A DNA stretch of 64,000 nt from an uncultured Fibrobacterota bacterium (GCA_963753345.1 CAVWBU010000032.1:64001-128000), one strand, 5' to 3'. Positions 29,892 to 40,125 are shown, counted from the stretch's first letter. Notes: generated by a model not told the origin, from the letters alone. Made by a program: numbers and translations.

Positions 29892-30748
29892 ACGGTTTTC
29901 CTCTTGTCGTCGAGCTCGGCGATGCGGGAGGCGGTTTCGCTCAGCGGGAAAAGCTGGAAATTGAACTGATACACCTGGCTGCTTCCCTCGTCACGGTTGA
30001 CAATAGAGATGACCCGTTCCTTGAACGCGGCGAGCTCGGCGAGCAGCACTTCGTAGCAAGGCCGGGAAATGCCCATGGTGATGCCCGAGATGTTCCGCGC
30101 TTCGGGCGGGAGCGATTCGTTCGAATCGCGGGCCAAAAGAAGCATGGTGCTGTTGAACGAGCGGCGCGCAAGCGACAGAATGTCGGAGCCGCTCGTGATC
30201 GCCGCATTCGTCTGTTTGTAGGTTCCCTTCTTCTGCTTCTTCACCAGATTGAGCCGCAGCAAAAGCTGCACGGACTGCCTGGCGTCCCTCGGCGCAATCG
30301 CGGGCCGAACGCATTTCGCAAGCAGTTCCCAGTCGTCGCAGAAGTCGTACAGGCATATCAGCTCGCGGATCGCGCTGTTGTGCCATTTCTCAAAATATAC
30401 GTATTGGTCCGCGGTGAGGCGATGCTCGTTCACATAATCAATCATCGACAGCATTACGCTGTAGTGTTCCTGCTTCTCAAAGGCCGTCTTCGACTGATTG
30501 AACTGCACGAGGTGCCGGAAGAACGAGGCCTCCTTTTTGTTCAGGTTGAGCGCGCCGATGAATTTTTCAATGGCCTGCAGGGTGAGATTGCGCTCGCCCT
30601 CGATGACCTGCTTGAGAAAGACAGGGGACTTTATGTTCGCCTTGTTGGAAAAATACCGGTAGGAAAAGAATTGCGTGGTCTTCTTTTTTTCGTTATAGTA
30701 GTCCGCAAGGAATTTTCTGTAGTCGATGTATTTGAAGATCTTTTCCAT
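29888..30748 (-). CDS. TIGR02147-family protein (putative HTH regulator)
   Basis: IFKYIDYRKFLADYY..FSYRYF..VIEGERNL..W..AIREL..RNISGIT..VYQFNFQLFPLS. Confidence 0.9.
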   Translation of the reverse strand: MEKIFKYIDYRKFLADYYNEKKKTTQFFSYRYFSNKANIKSPVFLKQVIEGERNLTLQAIEKFIGALNLNKKEASFFRHLVQFNQSKTAFEKQEHYSVMLSMIDYVNEHRLTADQYVYFEKWHNSAIRELICLYDFCDDWELLAKCVRPAIAPRDARQSVQLLLRLNLVKKQKKGTYKQTNAAITSGSDILSLARRSFNSTMLLLARDSNESLPPEARNISGITMGISRPCYEVLLAELAAFKERVISIVNRDEGSSQVYQFNFQLFPLSETASRIAELDDKRKTV

Positions 30749-30895
30749 ATATATGAATTTACCACAAGAGAACGGCCGCGAACACCTTAAAATGGAGGAA
30801 AAAAGAAGTATATGTATTCACGTTGTATACATGGGGGGTTGTAAGATTTTGATATAAAGTGAATTGTGAGATGGAAGGACAAGTAACTAAAATAT

Positions 30896-31326
30896 TTGGT
30901 GGGGGAAGTTTCCCCCTGGGGTACAACCAACCGGCGAATGGAATATGCAATTTCTATACAGGCCGGTTGTTTGCACCCACACCCCCTCGTGGGTAGCCCC
31001 CAAGTAAGTTGCTTTGCAAGAAAGAAACTTTGGTTGCGGGGGCACCGAGAAAGAGAGTTGGAAAGCTGACGGTTGACAGTTGACAGCAGGACAATGAGAA
31101 GTCCTGACGGATTGTCTAATGATTCCGGCTGGCGCAAGAATATAACTTGACTGAAGAGATTACCGCTGCCGCGCGTTAGGCGCGACTGGAGGTCCCGCCG
31201 AAGCGGGATGCCGCCCGGACCCGGCCCTGTGGGCCATAGGGCCGAGGCGGCCCGGGGCCGAAGGCTGAGACGCGGAAGGAGAGCCGCCCCGCGCCTTTGC
31301 TCACGGAAGGCGCGGGGAACGCCCAA
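30896..31326. mobile_element. bipartite structured repeat, locus 6: B' (-, 30896-31050) plus A (+, 31167-31326)
   Basis: same order, heptamer spacer and TGGCG..TTGAC leader as locus 2. Confidence 0.6.
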
Positions 31327-31405
31327 GACATTGACTGAATTATAGAAGCCCGAGGTGCTTTCCTGAAAAATCATTATATTTAGGACATACCTGCACATAG
31401 GGGGA

Positions 31406-32761
31406 ATGGTGAGGCTGCACACACATCGAGGCCTGATAATTCTGTCAATGTTCGTAATTGCTCAATGCGCCTTTTCCGACGAATTTTCCCCCGACTCCAT
31501 CACCGCGCTTGCCCGAAAAGTCGTCAACTACCGTCTCAAAGGCGGTATTCAGAAACTGGGCGACGGGTTTGTCTCGCACTGGACCTGGGACGACGGCGCC
31601 TACATGACCGGCGTGATGGCGGCGTACCGGCTCACCAAGGATCAGAAATATCTCGACAGCGTTAAGGCGTGGGCGCAGGCGGTCAACTGGCAGACGCCCA
31701 ACGACAACGGCCTTTCGCGCAATCCGGACGACCAGTGCATCTGCCAGAGCTTCTGCGAGGCGTTCATGGTCGATCCCGTCCCCGCAAACCAGTTCATTAT
31801 TGCGAAATGGGAAGCCAACTATCACCTTAACTACGACAACCCGTACAGCCAGTGGTACTGGTGCGACGCCCTGTACATGGCGCCTCCCGCGATCTCCATG
31901 CTGGGTTCGATTACCGACAGTAGCAAGTACTACGATACACTTTCTGTCCAGTGGTGGTACTGGGCGGGACAGCTCTATGCTTCCCCGTATCATCTTTACT
32001 GGCGCGACGCAGGGTACAAGGCTCAGACAAGCCCCAACGGCAAGCCCGTATTCTGGGGGCCGGGCGAGGCGTGGGTGCTCGGAGGCCTGTCCCGCGTGCT
32101 CAAGTACATGACGGTGACGTACCCGAAACGGGATACGCTGGCAGGGCAGTTTCGCGAGCAGTGCGCCGCGATTGTCCCCCTTCAGCAGGGCGACGGCCTG
32201 TGGACCACGAGTCTTCTTGACACGGTCGACTTTCCCGACCACGAGACGAGCTGCACCGCGTTTTTCTGTTGTGCCATGGCGTGGGGCATCAACAACGGCG
32301 TGCTTGACAAAGCGACATTCGACGCGCCGCTGAGAAAGGCCTGGAGCGGCCTCGTGCGCAACGTGAGCGCGGCTGACGGCAGGTTGCAGCGGTGCCAGGG
32401 CGTCGCCTCGGCGCCGGGAAGCGTGGATGTGAGCAATTCGAGCGCCGAGGGCGAGGGTGGGTTCTTGCTTGCTGCGGAGGAAATGTACAAATACGTGACG
32501 AGCGCGGCGGGGTCCGTTGTGCACGTTACGCATAAGCCACCGGCTGCACACCAGACCGCAGCGATCCGCGTCATTAATGTCTCGCATTCAAGAACGACCT
32601 TTTGTGTGCCGGAAAACGTTTCGGGATTTGCGGTCTATGATGTCACCGGCAGATTGTTGTGCTCTCGAACTATTGCCAAAACAGAGAAGCCGGCCAAGGT
32701 ATCTTTGAGTGACAGGGATATCCCGGAAACAATCTATTATGTGAGGTTTTTGATAAAGTAA
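31406..32761 (+). CDS. glycoside hydrolase family 88/105 with T9SS-like tail
   Basis: W.WCDALYMAPP, FWGPGEAWV.GG, QQGDGLW, ETSCTAFF, GGFLLA; tail YDVTGRLL..IYYV. Confidence 0.88.
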   Translation: MVRLHTHRGLIILSMFVIAQCAFSDEFSPDSITALARKVVNYRLKGGIQKLGDGFVSHWTWDDGAYMTGVMAAYRLTKDQKYLDSVKAWAQAVNWQTPNDNGLSRNPDDQCICQSFCEAFMVDPVPANQFIIAKWEANYHLNYDNPYSQWYWCDALYMAPPAISMLGSITDSSKYYDTLSVQWWYWAGQLYASPYHLYWRDAGYKAQTSPNGKPVFWGPGEAWVLGGLSRVLKYMTVTYPKRDTLAGQFREQCAAIVPLQQGDGLWTTSLLDTVDFPDHETSCTAFFCCAMAWGINNGVLDKATFDAPLRKAWSGLVRNVSAADGRLQRCQGVASAPGSVDVSNSSAEGEGGFLLAAEEMYKYVTSAAGSVVHVTHKPPAAHQTAAIRVINVSHSRTTFCVPENVSGFAVYDVTGRLLCSRTIAKTEKPAKVSLSDRDIPETIYYVRFLIK

Positions 32762-32774
32762 TAAGGGGGATCGC

Positions 32775-34097
32775 ATGAGAAATGCATTTCGATCAACTGC
32801 AGCTCTCGTTTCGCTCTTGTTAATGGCGCAAATGACAAGTGCCGACGAGTTCTCGCCCGACAGCATCAAGAGCATTATGCGGAAGGTGGCGAACTACAGC
32901 TTCCAGCAATATGGCGGTGGAACAGCGGCCGGAATCAACAGAAACTGGGATGGCGGCACCATCATGACGGGCATCACGGGCCTGTATCGCACCACAAAAG
33001 AGCAGCAATGGCTCGACAGCATTGACAAGTGGGGGAATGGCTGGAACTGGACGTGGGGCGGCGGGACGGGCGACAACCTGTGCTGCATCCAGACGTTCTG
33101 CGAACGGTACATCGTGGACTCCGTCCCTGCCAATGCCTCCAAATATCAGGTCTCAAAAACCGCGCTCGACGGAATCCTGCAACAGCCCGTCAACCATCTT
33201 TTCGGATGGCAGGACGCGGTGTATATGGGTCTGCCGGATTTTTCCATGATGGGGTACATTACCGGAAGTCCCATGTACTACGATTCCCTCAACATCATGT
33301 TCCGGGGGGCGGAAAAAGATTTCCAGGACACCACCTACAAGCTCTGGTACTGGAATACGCTTCCGGCATTCAAGAAAACACCCGACGGCTATCCGCAGTT
33401 CTGGGGGCCGGGAAACGCCTGGGTGCTGGGCGGGCTTGTGCGCGCGCTCAAGTACATGCCGGCGAATTCAAAGTACAGGCCGGCATGGATAGCTACCTTC
33501 AAGACATTCTGCGACACCATCCGCAGCAAGCAGCAGCCGGACGGCATGTGGCGCACAAGCCTGTTCGAGCCGACCGAATTTCCGAACCCGGAATCGAGTT
33601 GCACCTCGTTTTTCGCCTACGCGATGGCGCTTGGCGTGTCGTGGGGAATTCTGGACACCAACACGTTTGTCCCGACCATTCGAAAGGCCTGGTCCGCGCT
33701 TGTCAAGGTTGTGGACACGAACGGGAGGGTCGGCTACGGTCAGCCGTGGAGCAATCAGCCGGGCAGCCCGACCATGGGCACTTCAATTCCGGAAGGCCAT
33801 GGCGCGTTTCTTCTGGCAGGGGAGGGCGTTGCCCTGATTGCGAATATTTCAACGTCGGTTGCCTCAGGAAACAACGGTGGGATTCATGGGCTAAGGATTT
33901 CCGGATCGGCAGGAAAATGGATACTTGTCTCGCGGACACACAGAAACGTTACCCTTCCGCCGGACGCAAAAGGAGCGGAAGTGTTCAGCATGAGCGGAGC
34001 GAGAATCTGCAGGATCGACAACTGCGGCCCGGCCCGCAGTTCCGTGCCTTCCTCTATGGCAACGGACGGTGTCTATTTTGTCAAATACCTGAAATAG
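32775..34097 (+). CDS. glycoside hydrolase family 88/105 paralog with T9SS-like tail
   Basis: WQDAVYM, FWGPGNAWV.GG, QQPDGMW, ESSCTSFF, GAFLLAG; tail FSMSGAR..GVYFVK. Confidence 0.88.
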   Translation: MRNAFRSTAALVSLLLMAQMTSADEFSPDSIKSIMRKVANYSFQQYGGGTAAGINRNWDGGTIMTGITGLYRTTKEQQWLDSIDKWGNGWNWTWGGGTGDNLCCIQTFCERYIVDSVPANASKYQVSKTALDGILQQPVNHLFGWQDAVYMGLPDFSMMGYITGSPMYYDSLNIMFRGAEKDFQDTTYKLWYWNTLPAFKKTPDGYPQFWGPGNAWVLGGLVRALKYMPANSKYRPAWIATFKTFCDTIRSKQQPDGMWRTSLFEPTEFPNPESSCTSFFAYAMALGVSWGILDTNTFVPTIRKAWSALVKVVDTNGRVGYGQPWSNQPGSPTMGTSIPEGHGAFLLAGEGVALIANISTSVASGNNGGIHGLRISGSAGKWILVSRTHRNVTLPPDAKGAEVFSMSGARICRIDNCGPARSSVPSSMATDGVYFVKYLK

Positions 34098-34120
34098 CGG
34101 GAAGCTATTCAGGGGGATAG

Positions 34121-34149
34121 GCGGATGGGCTTGTCATCCGCTTTTTTTT
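34121..34149 (+). terminator. intrinsic terminator
   Basis: GCGGATG-loop-CATCCGC followed by T8. Confidence 0.85.
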
Positions 34150-34241
34150 GATCTGAAGCTGAAGTGGCGCTGCCCAGTCTCATTTCGTATTTTATCATCA
34201 CCCACTCAAGGCCGCATCCATCACCAAAGGACTACAGCACC

Positions 34242-34949
34242 ATGTCCGAACCCTGGCACGACATAGACGATCCGGGCTATTTTAAGAAACCCGAAAAGAA
34301 AGGCGCGGCCTCCGCGAAAGAGGCCGACGATTCCCCCGCAGCGGAGAAGGCGAACAGCATCGTAACATTGTCCGATGCGAAATTCGTTCCGCCCGACGGC
34401 GGGATCGACTTCAACGACACGTGCCCGGCCCAGGTGTCGGTCGCGTACAAGGAGCAAACTTCGCAAACGCGGGTCACGTTCAAATTGTTCTGCACGTACA
34501 ACGGCGAGCAGGTCGATCTCAAGCACAAGGTGGACGCCAACGAAAGCGGCGGCACGGCCGAAGCGCAGCTTACGCTTTACTATCCCGACGATTACAGCGA
34601 CGGCTCGGTGGACTATTTCTTTACCGCGGAACATTCGCGTGCCGATAAGGCCGCACAAAGCGCCGTGCTCACCCTGCCGTATTCCCCGGCCGTCATCGTT
34701 GTCCGCCTTCCGGACGGAGACAATGCTTCCGCATGCGACAACGACTCGCTCAGGCTTTTCAGCACCGATTCGGCCGCTTCCTACAGCCGGACCATGGCAT
34801 TTTCCGACGGTGTGAAGCGCGACGGCGCCGTGGAGTTCGAGTTCGACGATGTCAAGGCCGGTTTGACCTATGCGCTGGAAATCAAAATTGACGGCAAGGA
34901 CGCCTGTCCTGTGTTCGAAGACCTTTCATGCGGGAACGGTGCCGCATAA
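34242..34949 (+). CDS. hypothetical acidic beta-rich protein
   Basis: host-like codon usage; RBS-like AAGGA upstream; no family recognised. Confidence 0.7.
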   Translation: MSEPWHDIDDPGYFKKPEKKGAASAKEADDSPAAEKANSIVTLSDAKFVPPDGGIDFNDTCPAQVSVAYKEQTSQTRVTFKLFCTYNGEQVDLKHKVDANESGGTAEAQLTLYYPDDYSDGSVDYFFTAEHSRADKAAQSAVLTLPYSPAVIVVRLPDGDNASACDNDSLRLFSTDSAASYSRTMAFSDGVKRDGAVEFEFDDVKAGLTYALEIKIDGKDACPVFEDLSCGNGAA

Positions 34950-35050
34950 AAGGTTTCTCTCTGCGCGGGTTCGCGCAATAGCAGAAAGAGCAAGAGCGGC
35001 CTCATGCGACGGCCGCTCTTTCTATTGACGGACAGGAACCTGCCGCCGTG

Positions 35051-35629
35051 CTAGGGCAGCGGCGGCAGCGGGGGCACCGGCGGCACGGGCGCTTCGCCCG
35101 GCCTCGGGGGCCGCACCCTTCCCGGAGCCGGCGGCGGAGGGGGTACAGGCAGATCACCGGGCGCTGTAATCCGCACATGTACGGACGGCGGAGGCGGGGC
35201 AGGCGGTTCACCGGCAGTCACGGTCACGTGAACGCTTGGTGAGGGAGCGGGTTCGGACACATTCTCCGCCGCAATCGGAATACATTCGACAACACGGTTG
35301 GTCCGCCTTTCAACCCTTACGATCTGGTCTCCCGCGACATACAGCCGGAATCCGGGACGAGACGGCGGGAGCAGGGGCACGAGTTCAGGCGGGAGCGGCT
35401 CGAAGCGCCGCACGACAAAGGCCGGAGCCGGTTCGCCTACCACAATGTTCACATGCGCGAATCTTCGTGCGCGCCCGTGTCTGTGCCGACCGTAGTATTT
35501 GAAGATCACATCCCTGTCGCCGTCGGAGAACCGCTCAACCGCGACCCTCTTTTCAACGACAACCGCCACGCGACCGAAGGCGCCGGTGCACAGGCCCAGG
35601 CAGAGAAGAATGATAAACATGCGCTTCAT
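35051..35629 (-). CDS. exported proline-rich protein (RcnB-like central segment)
   Basis: signal MKRMFIILLCLGLC; PLPPEL..LPP.RPG...Y.AG..IV; Pro-rich repeats; RBS AAGGAG. Confidence 0.65.
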   Translation of the reverse strand: MKRMFIILLCLGLCTGAFGRVAVVVEKRVAVERFSDGDRDVIFKYYGRHRHGRARRFAHVNIVVGEPAPAFVVRRFEPLPPELVPLLPPSRPGFRLYVAGDQIVRVERRTNRVVECIPIAAENVSEPAPSPSVHVTVTAGEPPAPPPPSVHVRITAPGDLPVPPPPPAPGRVRPPRPGEAPVPPVPPLPPLP

Positions 35630-35703
35630 AGGGTACTCCTTGTTGGGGTGATTGTCACAAAAATAAATCGGGAAACCAGGAAGATCGTGCTTGGGATCGT
35701 TGT

Positions 35704-36195
35704 TCATAAGGGTTTTGCCTGCGCAAGGACTGCTTCCATCGCCACCTTGAGCACCACCTTGCGCACCTGCGCGTCCTGGCCGTGCGAGCATTGCGGCCGG
35801 TGGATCTCTCCGGGGAACAGAATCGCGTACATACCGCTTGTCAATACATAATCGGTTTCGTTCGGAACGTTTCTGTAGGTGACCGTGTCTTTGCCTGCCG
35901 TGAGGTCTTCCAGGATTTCCCCGGTGCTGCCCGCCGGAGCGAACCCGATTATTTCCGAGCCGCTGTGCACGTACTGAACGTCTATGTATTTGGTGTGCGA
36001 CTCCGCCTTCTTCTGAGACTTGGGCAGCGTACGGTATTCCTGGACAAGCGCGAACATCTCCGGACCGTCGATTTCAAACCTGCCGGGCGCCACTATGGAG
36101 AAATCCGTGTTCCTGAGGTAGGTGAGTCCCTTGACAATGAGCGGCGGCAGAACCGGAGCATCGCGGTCAAGGCAGGCAAGGCTGCTTAGAAACAT
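35704..36195 (-). CDS. YhcH/YjgK/YiaL (DUF386) family protein
   Basis: ESHTKYIDVQY, FPGEIHRP, VRKVVLKV. Confidence 0.93.
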   Translation of the reverse strand: MFLSSLACLDRDAPVLPPLIVKGLTYLRNTDFSIVAPGRFEIDGPEMFALVQEYRTLPKSQKKAESHTKYIDVQYVHSGSEIIGFAPAGSTGEILEDLTAGKDTVTYRNVPNETDYVLTSGMYAILFPGEIHRPQCSHGQDAQVRKVVLKVAMEAVLAQAKPL

Positions 36196-36384
36196 AGGAA
36201 GAGTTCTTGGTTGATGATGAATGATATTGCAAGCTTGGTCAGCCAAACTTGTCATGGTGATGAAAATAGTTTCGTCGCAGACTGGTTGATGGCCGAGTCT
36301 ACGATTGCGTCTACTAGGTCCTAACCGTTTTCGTGTGAACTTCATCCCGTTATTATCACCAAATGTATTTTGTGTAGGGCAAGA

Positions 36385-36650
36385 TTTGCAAGAAAGAGAC
36401 TTCCGCCGCGGGTATCCAGAAGGTGGTCACCTTTGGAAACTAGTTGGCGCAAAATAGATTGGTTTGCTGATAAGAATTCCGTTGCCGCGCGTTAGGTGGA
36501 CCGAAGGGTGAGCAAGAGCGAATTGCCGGCCGACCCTCCCCGAAGGGGACTACGGGCGGTCCGGCAACGAGGCGGACGGCCGAGCCCGCAGGGAGACCGA
36601 CCCTTGGTTGGGGCGCCTGGTCCTGCGCTCCAACCAAGGGGAACGCCCAA
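36385..36650. mobile_element. bipartite structured repeat, locus 7: degenerate B' remnant (36385-36421) plus A (+, 36483-36650)
   Basis: TTTGCAAGAAAGAGACTT..GCGGG matches the B' interior (cf. 31013-31045); full A module. Confidence 0.55.
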
Positions 36651-36688
36651 TTCTTCCTGCTTTGTCAAAAGAACTCCTAGAGGTACTC

Positions 36689-37399
36689 ATGCCTTCCCCC
36701 ATCATTACAAGCATCCGTAAATCGCTCAGGCAAAGCAGCAGCGAAAAGACCAGAAGGACCGCGGAAACGTTCTTCAGGGAAAAGGCGAAATTTCACGGCG
36801 CGCCTTCCGCGGCATATCGGAAAATAGGACGCGAGCATTTCGCACAGGTGAAGAAGCTGGACAAGCGTGAGATCCTCTCCCTGTGCGAAGAGTTGTTGCA
36901 ATCCGGATATGTCGAAGAGGCGATCATCGCGTACGAATGGGCCGACCGGCTGCGCTCCTCGTTTACGGAATCGGATTTCACCGTGTTTGAACGGTGGCTC
37001 AGGAAGTACGTGAGCAACTGGGCCGAATGCGACACCCTGTGCAACCATGCGGTGGGATCGTTTGTGGAACAGTATCCTGCCTTTGTCAATCGCCTCAAGA
37101 TCTGGGCGAAATCGGGCAGCAGATGGTTCAGGCGCGCTGCGGCCGTGACGCTCGTTCTTCCCGCGCGCCGCGGGAAATTCCTTGCGGACGTTTTTGAGAT
37201 CGCCGGCATTCTCCTGGCCGACAGCGACGATCTCGTGCAAAAGGGGTACGGCTGGATGCTCAAAGAGGCAAGCAAGCTTCATCCGAAGGAAGTGTTCGAT
37301 TTCATCATGAAGCGCAGAACGGCGATTCCGCGGACCGCCTTGCGTTATGCAATTGAAAAGATGCCCCGTTCCATGAGGAAAAAGGCGATGGAGCGATGA
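36689..37399 (+). CDS. DNA alkylation repair protein (AlkD-like HEAT-repeat family)
   Basis: VSNWAECD, W.KS..RW.RRAA, DDLVQKGYGWMLKE, RTALRYAIEK. Confidence 0.92.
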   Translation: MPSPIITSIRKSLRQSSSEKTRRTAETFFREKAKFHGAPSAAYRKIGREHFAQVKKLDKREILSLCEELLQSGYVEEAIIAYEWADRLRSSFTESDFTVFERWLRKYVSNWAECDTLCNHAVGSFVEQYPAFVNRLKIWAKSGSRWFRRAAAVTLVLPARRGKFLADVFEIAGILLADSDDLVQKGYGWMLKEASKLHPKEVFDFIMKRRTAIPRTALRYAIEKMPRSMRKKAMER

Positions 37400-37528
37400 A
37401 GGGGAAGACCTAGGCGGCGGCGCCTTATCGGATTCTTCAGCCTGATTTTTTTTGAGCAAAAATCCCGTTTTTATTATATACTAACGGTATCAACATTTGC
37501 GTATCCACCTCAGGAAGGAGTCATTCGC

Positions 37529-38284
37529 ATGCCCATAGCATTTCTCCGCGCATCCGCCATTTTGGTTGTCCCGCTGTTGTTTTTTCTCATGGACGTCAAT
37601 TGCACCGTCACAAGCCAACCGACAACCCCGACGTCCCTTGCAACGCCGTCGTATCCGTACACCGCCGCGGCCGGCGAGTCCGACACCGTGTCGTGGGACC
37701 TGGTGCAGGGCGCAACCTCCTACACGCTGTACTATACAACCGACGAGAGTTTCCCAACCTTGTCGTCGCCTCGTATTTCGGTGGGGGCGGCGACGGTTTT
37801 CGTGCATAAAAGTCTTGACCCGACGTTGACGTACACCTATTGCGTTCAGGCGGCGGGCGGGGGCAGGGTAAGCGATCTTTCCGACGAAAGCTACGGGGTG
37901 CAGCCGCTGCCCATGATCCATGCCACCATTACCTTCGACAGCTACGCGGATGCGGATGTGGGTTTCATGTATTTCCTGATCGGGATTGACACCAACGGTA
38001 ACTACGTACCCACTGCCGGCACAAGACGGACCGTGGCCGGATTCACCGATGGCTACGGCAGCGCGACGTTCAACGTCACGGTCGATCACGACAATCTTTG
38101 GGGGTATTCGACATTCGAGGACTTGGACGGCAACGGGCTTCTGTCGACCGGCGACATGGTGTGGGGCAACGACACGAGCGCCGGCCATTATGGATATTTT
38201 TACTGGACGTCACAGTTCACATCGAGCAAAACCTTTTCCAAATCGTTTGACGAGGCGTTCGCCTCATTGCCGCATGTCTACTGA
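37529..38284 (+). CDS. exported protein with fibronectin type III-like domain
   Basis: hydrophobic N-terminus with Cys; VSWDLVQGATSYTLY..L....TYTYCVQA; DLDGNG Ca-binding-like motif. Confidence 0.65.
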   Translation: MPIAFLRASAILVVPLLFFLMDVNCTVTSQPTTPTSLATPSYPYTAAAGESDTVSWDLVQGATSYTLYYTTDESFPTLSSPRISVGAATVFVHKSLDPTLTYTYCVQAAGGGRVSDLSDESYGVQPLPMIHATITFDSYADADVGFMYFLIGIDTNGNYVPTAGTRRTVAGFTDGYGSATFNVTVDHDNLWGYSTFEDLDGNGLLSTGDMVWGNDTSAGHYGYFYWTSQFTSSKTFSKSFDEAFASLPHVY

Positions 38285-38330
38285 ACCGTCCATATGGGTA
38301 TGTTGACAAATTAAGAAAACATCGAGACGT

Positions 38331-38495
38331 CTACGCCGTCAGCCTGAATGCGACATAAATGCCGAGCAGTGCCCCAACCATGCTGCCGATCAGCGTGCCT
38401 GCCGAAATCGCGCCGGCCCCGAACAGCGTCGGCGCGTAGCCGCCGATGAGCGAGCCCGCCACCATTCCGAACATTATCATTGTTTTTCGCGACAT
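38331..38495 (-). CDS. small glycine-zipper membrane protein
   Basis: GMVAGSLIGGYAP.LFGA..GSMVGALLGIY; RBS AAGGA. Confidence 0.7.
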   Translation of the reverse strand: MSRKTMIMFGMVAGSLIGGYAPTLFGAGAISAGTLIGSMVGALLGIYVAFRLTA

Positions 38496-38572
38496 GTTTC
38501 CTTGGCTCCGATCTCTGCCAATAATTAATAATAGTTCTGGTGGGGACACTAATGAGTAATCTTAAAAAAGAA

Positions 38573-38652
38573 TAGGGCGTTCCCCGCAAGACAAAAGAAG
38601 AGTTGGGCGCCCCGCGGCTTCGCCGCAGCGAGGGGGATACTTCCCCCGCCAA
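38573..38652. mobile_element. minimal form of the bipartite repeat, locus 8: A 3' end (-) fused to B 3' end (+)
   Basis: TAGGGCGTTCCCC..TTGGGCGCCCCGCGGCTTCGCCGC runs directly into AGCGAGGGGGATACTTCCCCCGCCAA. Confidence 0.6.
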
Positions 38653-38662
38653 CAACTTTTTG

Positions 38663-40108
38663 TTATTGATTATTATCTTTTGTCAATTCCTGGGCCGCAA
38701 ACCCTAATTTCAGCAGTGTGTCTTCCCGCCATTTCGGAGCCATAAACTGCACGCCCACGGGAATGCCGTTGCTTTTTCCGCACGGGACCGAGATCCCCGG
38801 TATGCCAGCAAGGTTTGCCGAAACGGTGTAGATGTCGGTGAGGTACATCTGGAGCGGGTCGTCGCACTTTTCGCCGATTTTGAACGCGGGCGTCGCGGCG
38901 ACAGGGGAGACGACGGCGTCGCATTTCGTAAACGCGGCGTCGAAGTCGCGGCCGATAAGGGTGCGCACCCGCGCGGCCTTGAGGTAGTAGGCGTCGTAGT
39001 AGCCCGAGGACAGCACGTAGGCGCCGAGCATGATGCGGCGCTTGACTTCCGCGCCGAACCCTTCGCGCCGCGTGGTCTGATACATGTCGACAAGGGATTT
39101 AGGGTCAGCCGAGCGGTACCCGTACTTGACGCCGTCGTACCGTGCGAGGTTGCTCGAGGCTTCCGCGGTGCAAATAATATAGTAGGTGGCGATACCGTAC
39201 CCGAGATTGGGCAGTGAGACATGGGCCGTTTTACAGCCCGAGGCCTTGAGCTTGTCAAGAAGCGACTCTATGGGGCCGCGTACCTCGGCCGACAGGCCTT
39301 CGCCGAAGTATTCTTTGGGAACGCCCACCGTGATGCTGCTCGCGCCGCCTGTGTAAAGGTCATTGGTGTTTGCAAATTGATTGCCCGCGCAGGTGGAGTC
39401 GCGTTTGTCGGGCACCGAGAGCACCTCAAGAAGAAGGCCGATGTCCCGCACGTCCGCGGCAATGGGCCCTATCTGATCGAGCGACGACGCGAACGCCACA
39501 AGGCCGTACCGCGACACGCGTCCGTAGGTCGGCTTGAGTCCGACGCTGCCGCAATGGCAGCACGGCTGGCGAATGGAACCGCCCGTGTCGGACCCGAGCG
39601 CCAGCGGCACAAGGCCGGCCGCAACCGCGGCGGCGCTGCCGCCGCTCGAGCCGCCCGGGATGCGGCCGGGGTCGTTGGGGTTTTTTGTGGGGCCGAAATA
39701 GGAGTTCTCGGTGCTCGAGCCCATGGCGAATTCGTCAAGGTTCGTTTTTCCCACAATAACGGCGCCCGCGGCCAGGAGCGCCTCCGCGACGGTCGCGTTG
39801 TAGGGCGGAACAAAATTTTCAAGGATTTTTGACGCGCACGTTGTGGTGACGCCCTCGGTGCATATATTGTCCTTGACGGCGACCGGAATGCCGCACAGCG
39901 GCATCGTCTTCTTGACGTCTGCGGAAAGGGTGTCTATGAAATCGGCGCGCAAAAGCGCTGCTTCGGGCTGCACCGAGATGAACGAATGGAGATCCTTATC
40001 GCGGCCGGCGATGCGGCCGAGGGCGGTCGAGACGAGTTCGCGGCTGGATACCTTGCCGTGTGCGCATTTCGCAACAACGCCCGACACGGGCTCGTCGAAG
40101 AAGTTCAT
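38663..40108 (-). CDS. gatA: Asp/Glu-tRNA amidotransferase subunit A
   Basis: GKTNLDEFAMGSSTENS, PGGSSGGSAA, GSDTGGSIRQP, EVKRRIMLG, DPLQMYLTD. Confidence 0.97.
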   Translation of the reverse strand: MNFFDEPVSGVVAKCAHGKVSSRELVSTALGRIAGRDKDLHSFISVQPEAALLRADFIDTLSADVKKTMPLCGIPVAVKDNICTEGVTTTCASKILENFVPPYNATVAEALLAAGAVIVGKTNLDEFAMGSSTENSYFGPTKNPNDPGRIPGGSSGGSAAAVAAGLVPLALGSDTGGSIRQPCCHCGSVGLKPTYGRVSRYGLVAFASSLDQIGPIAADVRDIGLLLEVLSVPDKRDSTCAGNQFANTNDLYTGGASSITVGVPKEYFGEGLSAEVRGPIESLLDKLKASGCKTAHVSLPNLGYGIATYYIICTAEASSNLARYDGVKYGYRSADPKSLVDMYQTTRREGFGAEVKRRIMLGAYVLSSGYYDAYYLKAARVRTLIGRDFDAAFTKCDAVVSPVAATPAFKIGEKCDDPLQMYLTDIYTVSANLAGIPGISVPCGKSNGIPVGVQFMAPKWREDTLLKLGFAAQELTKDNNQ

Positions 40109-40125
40109 GGGGCGGTTCCCGGGGT

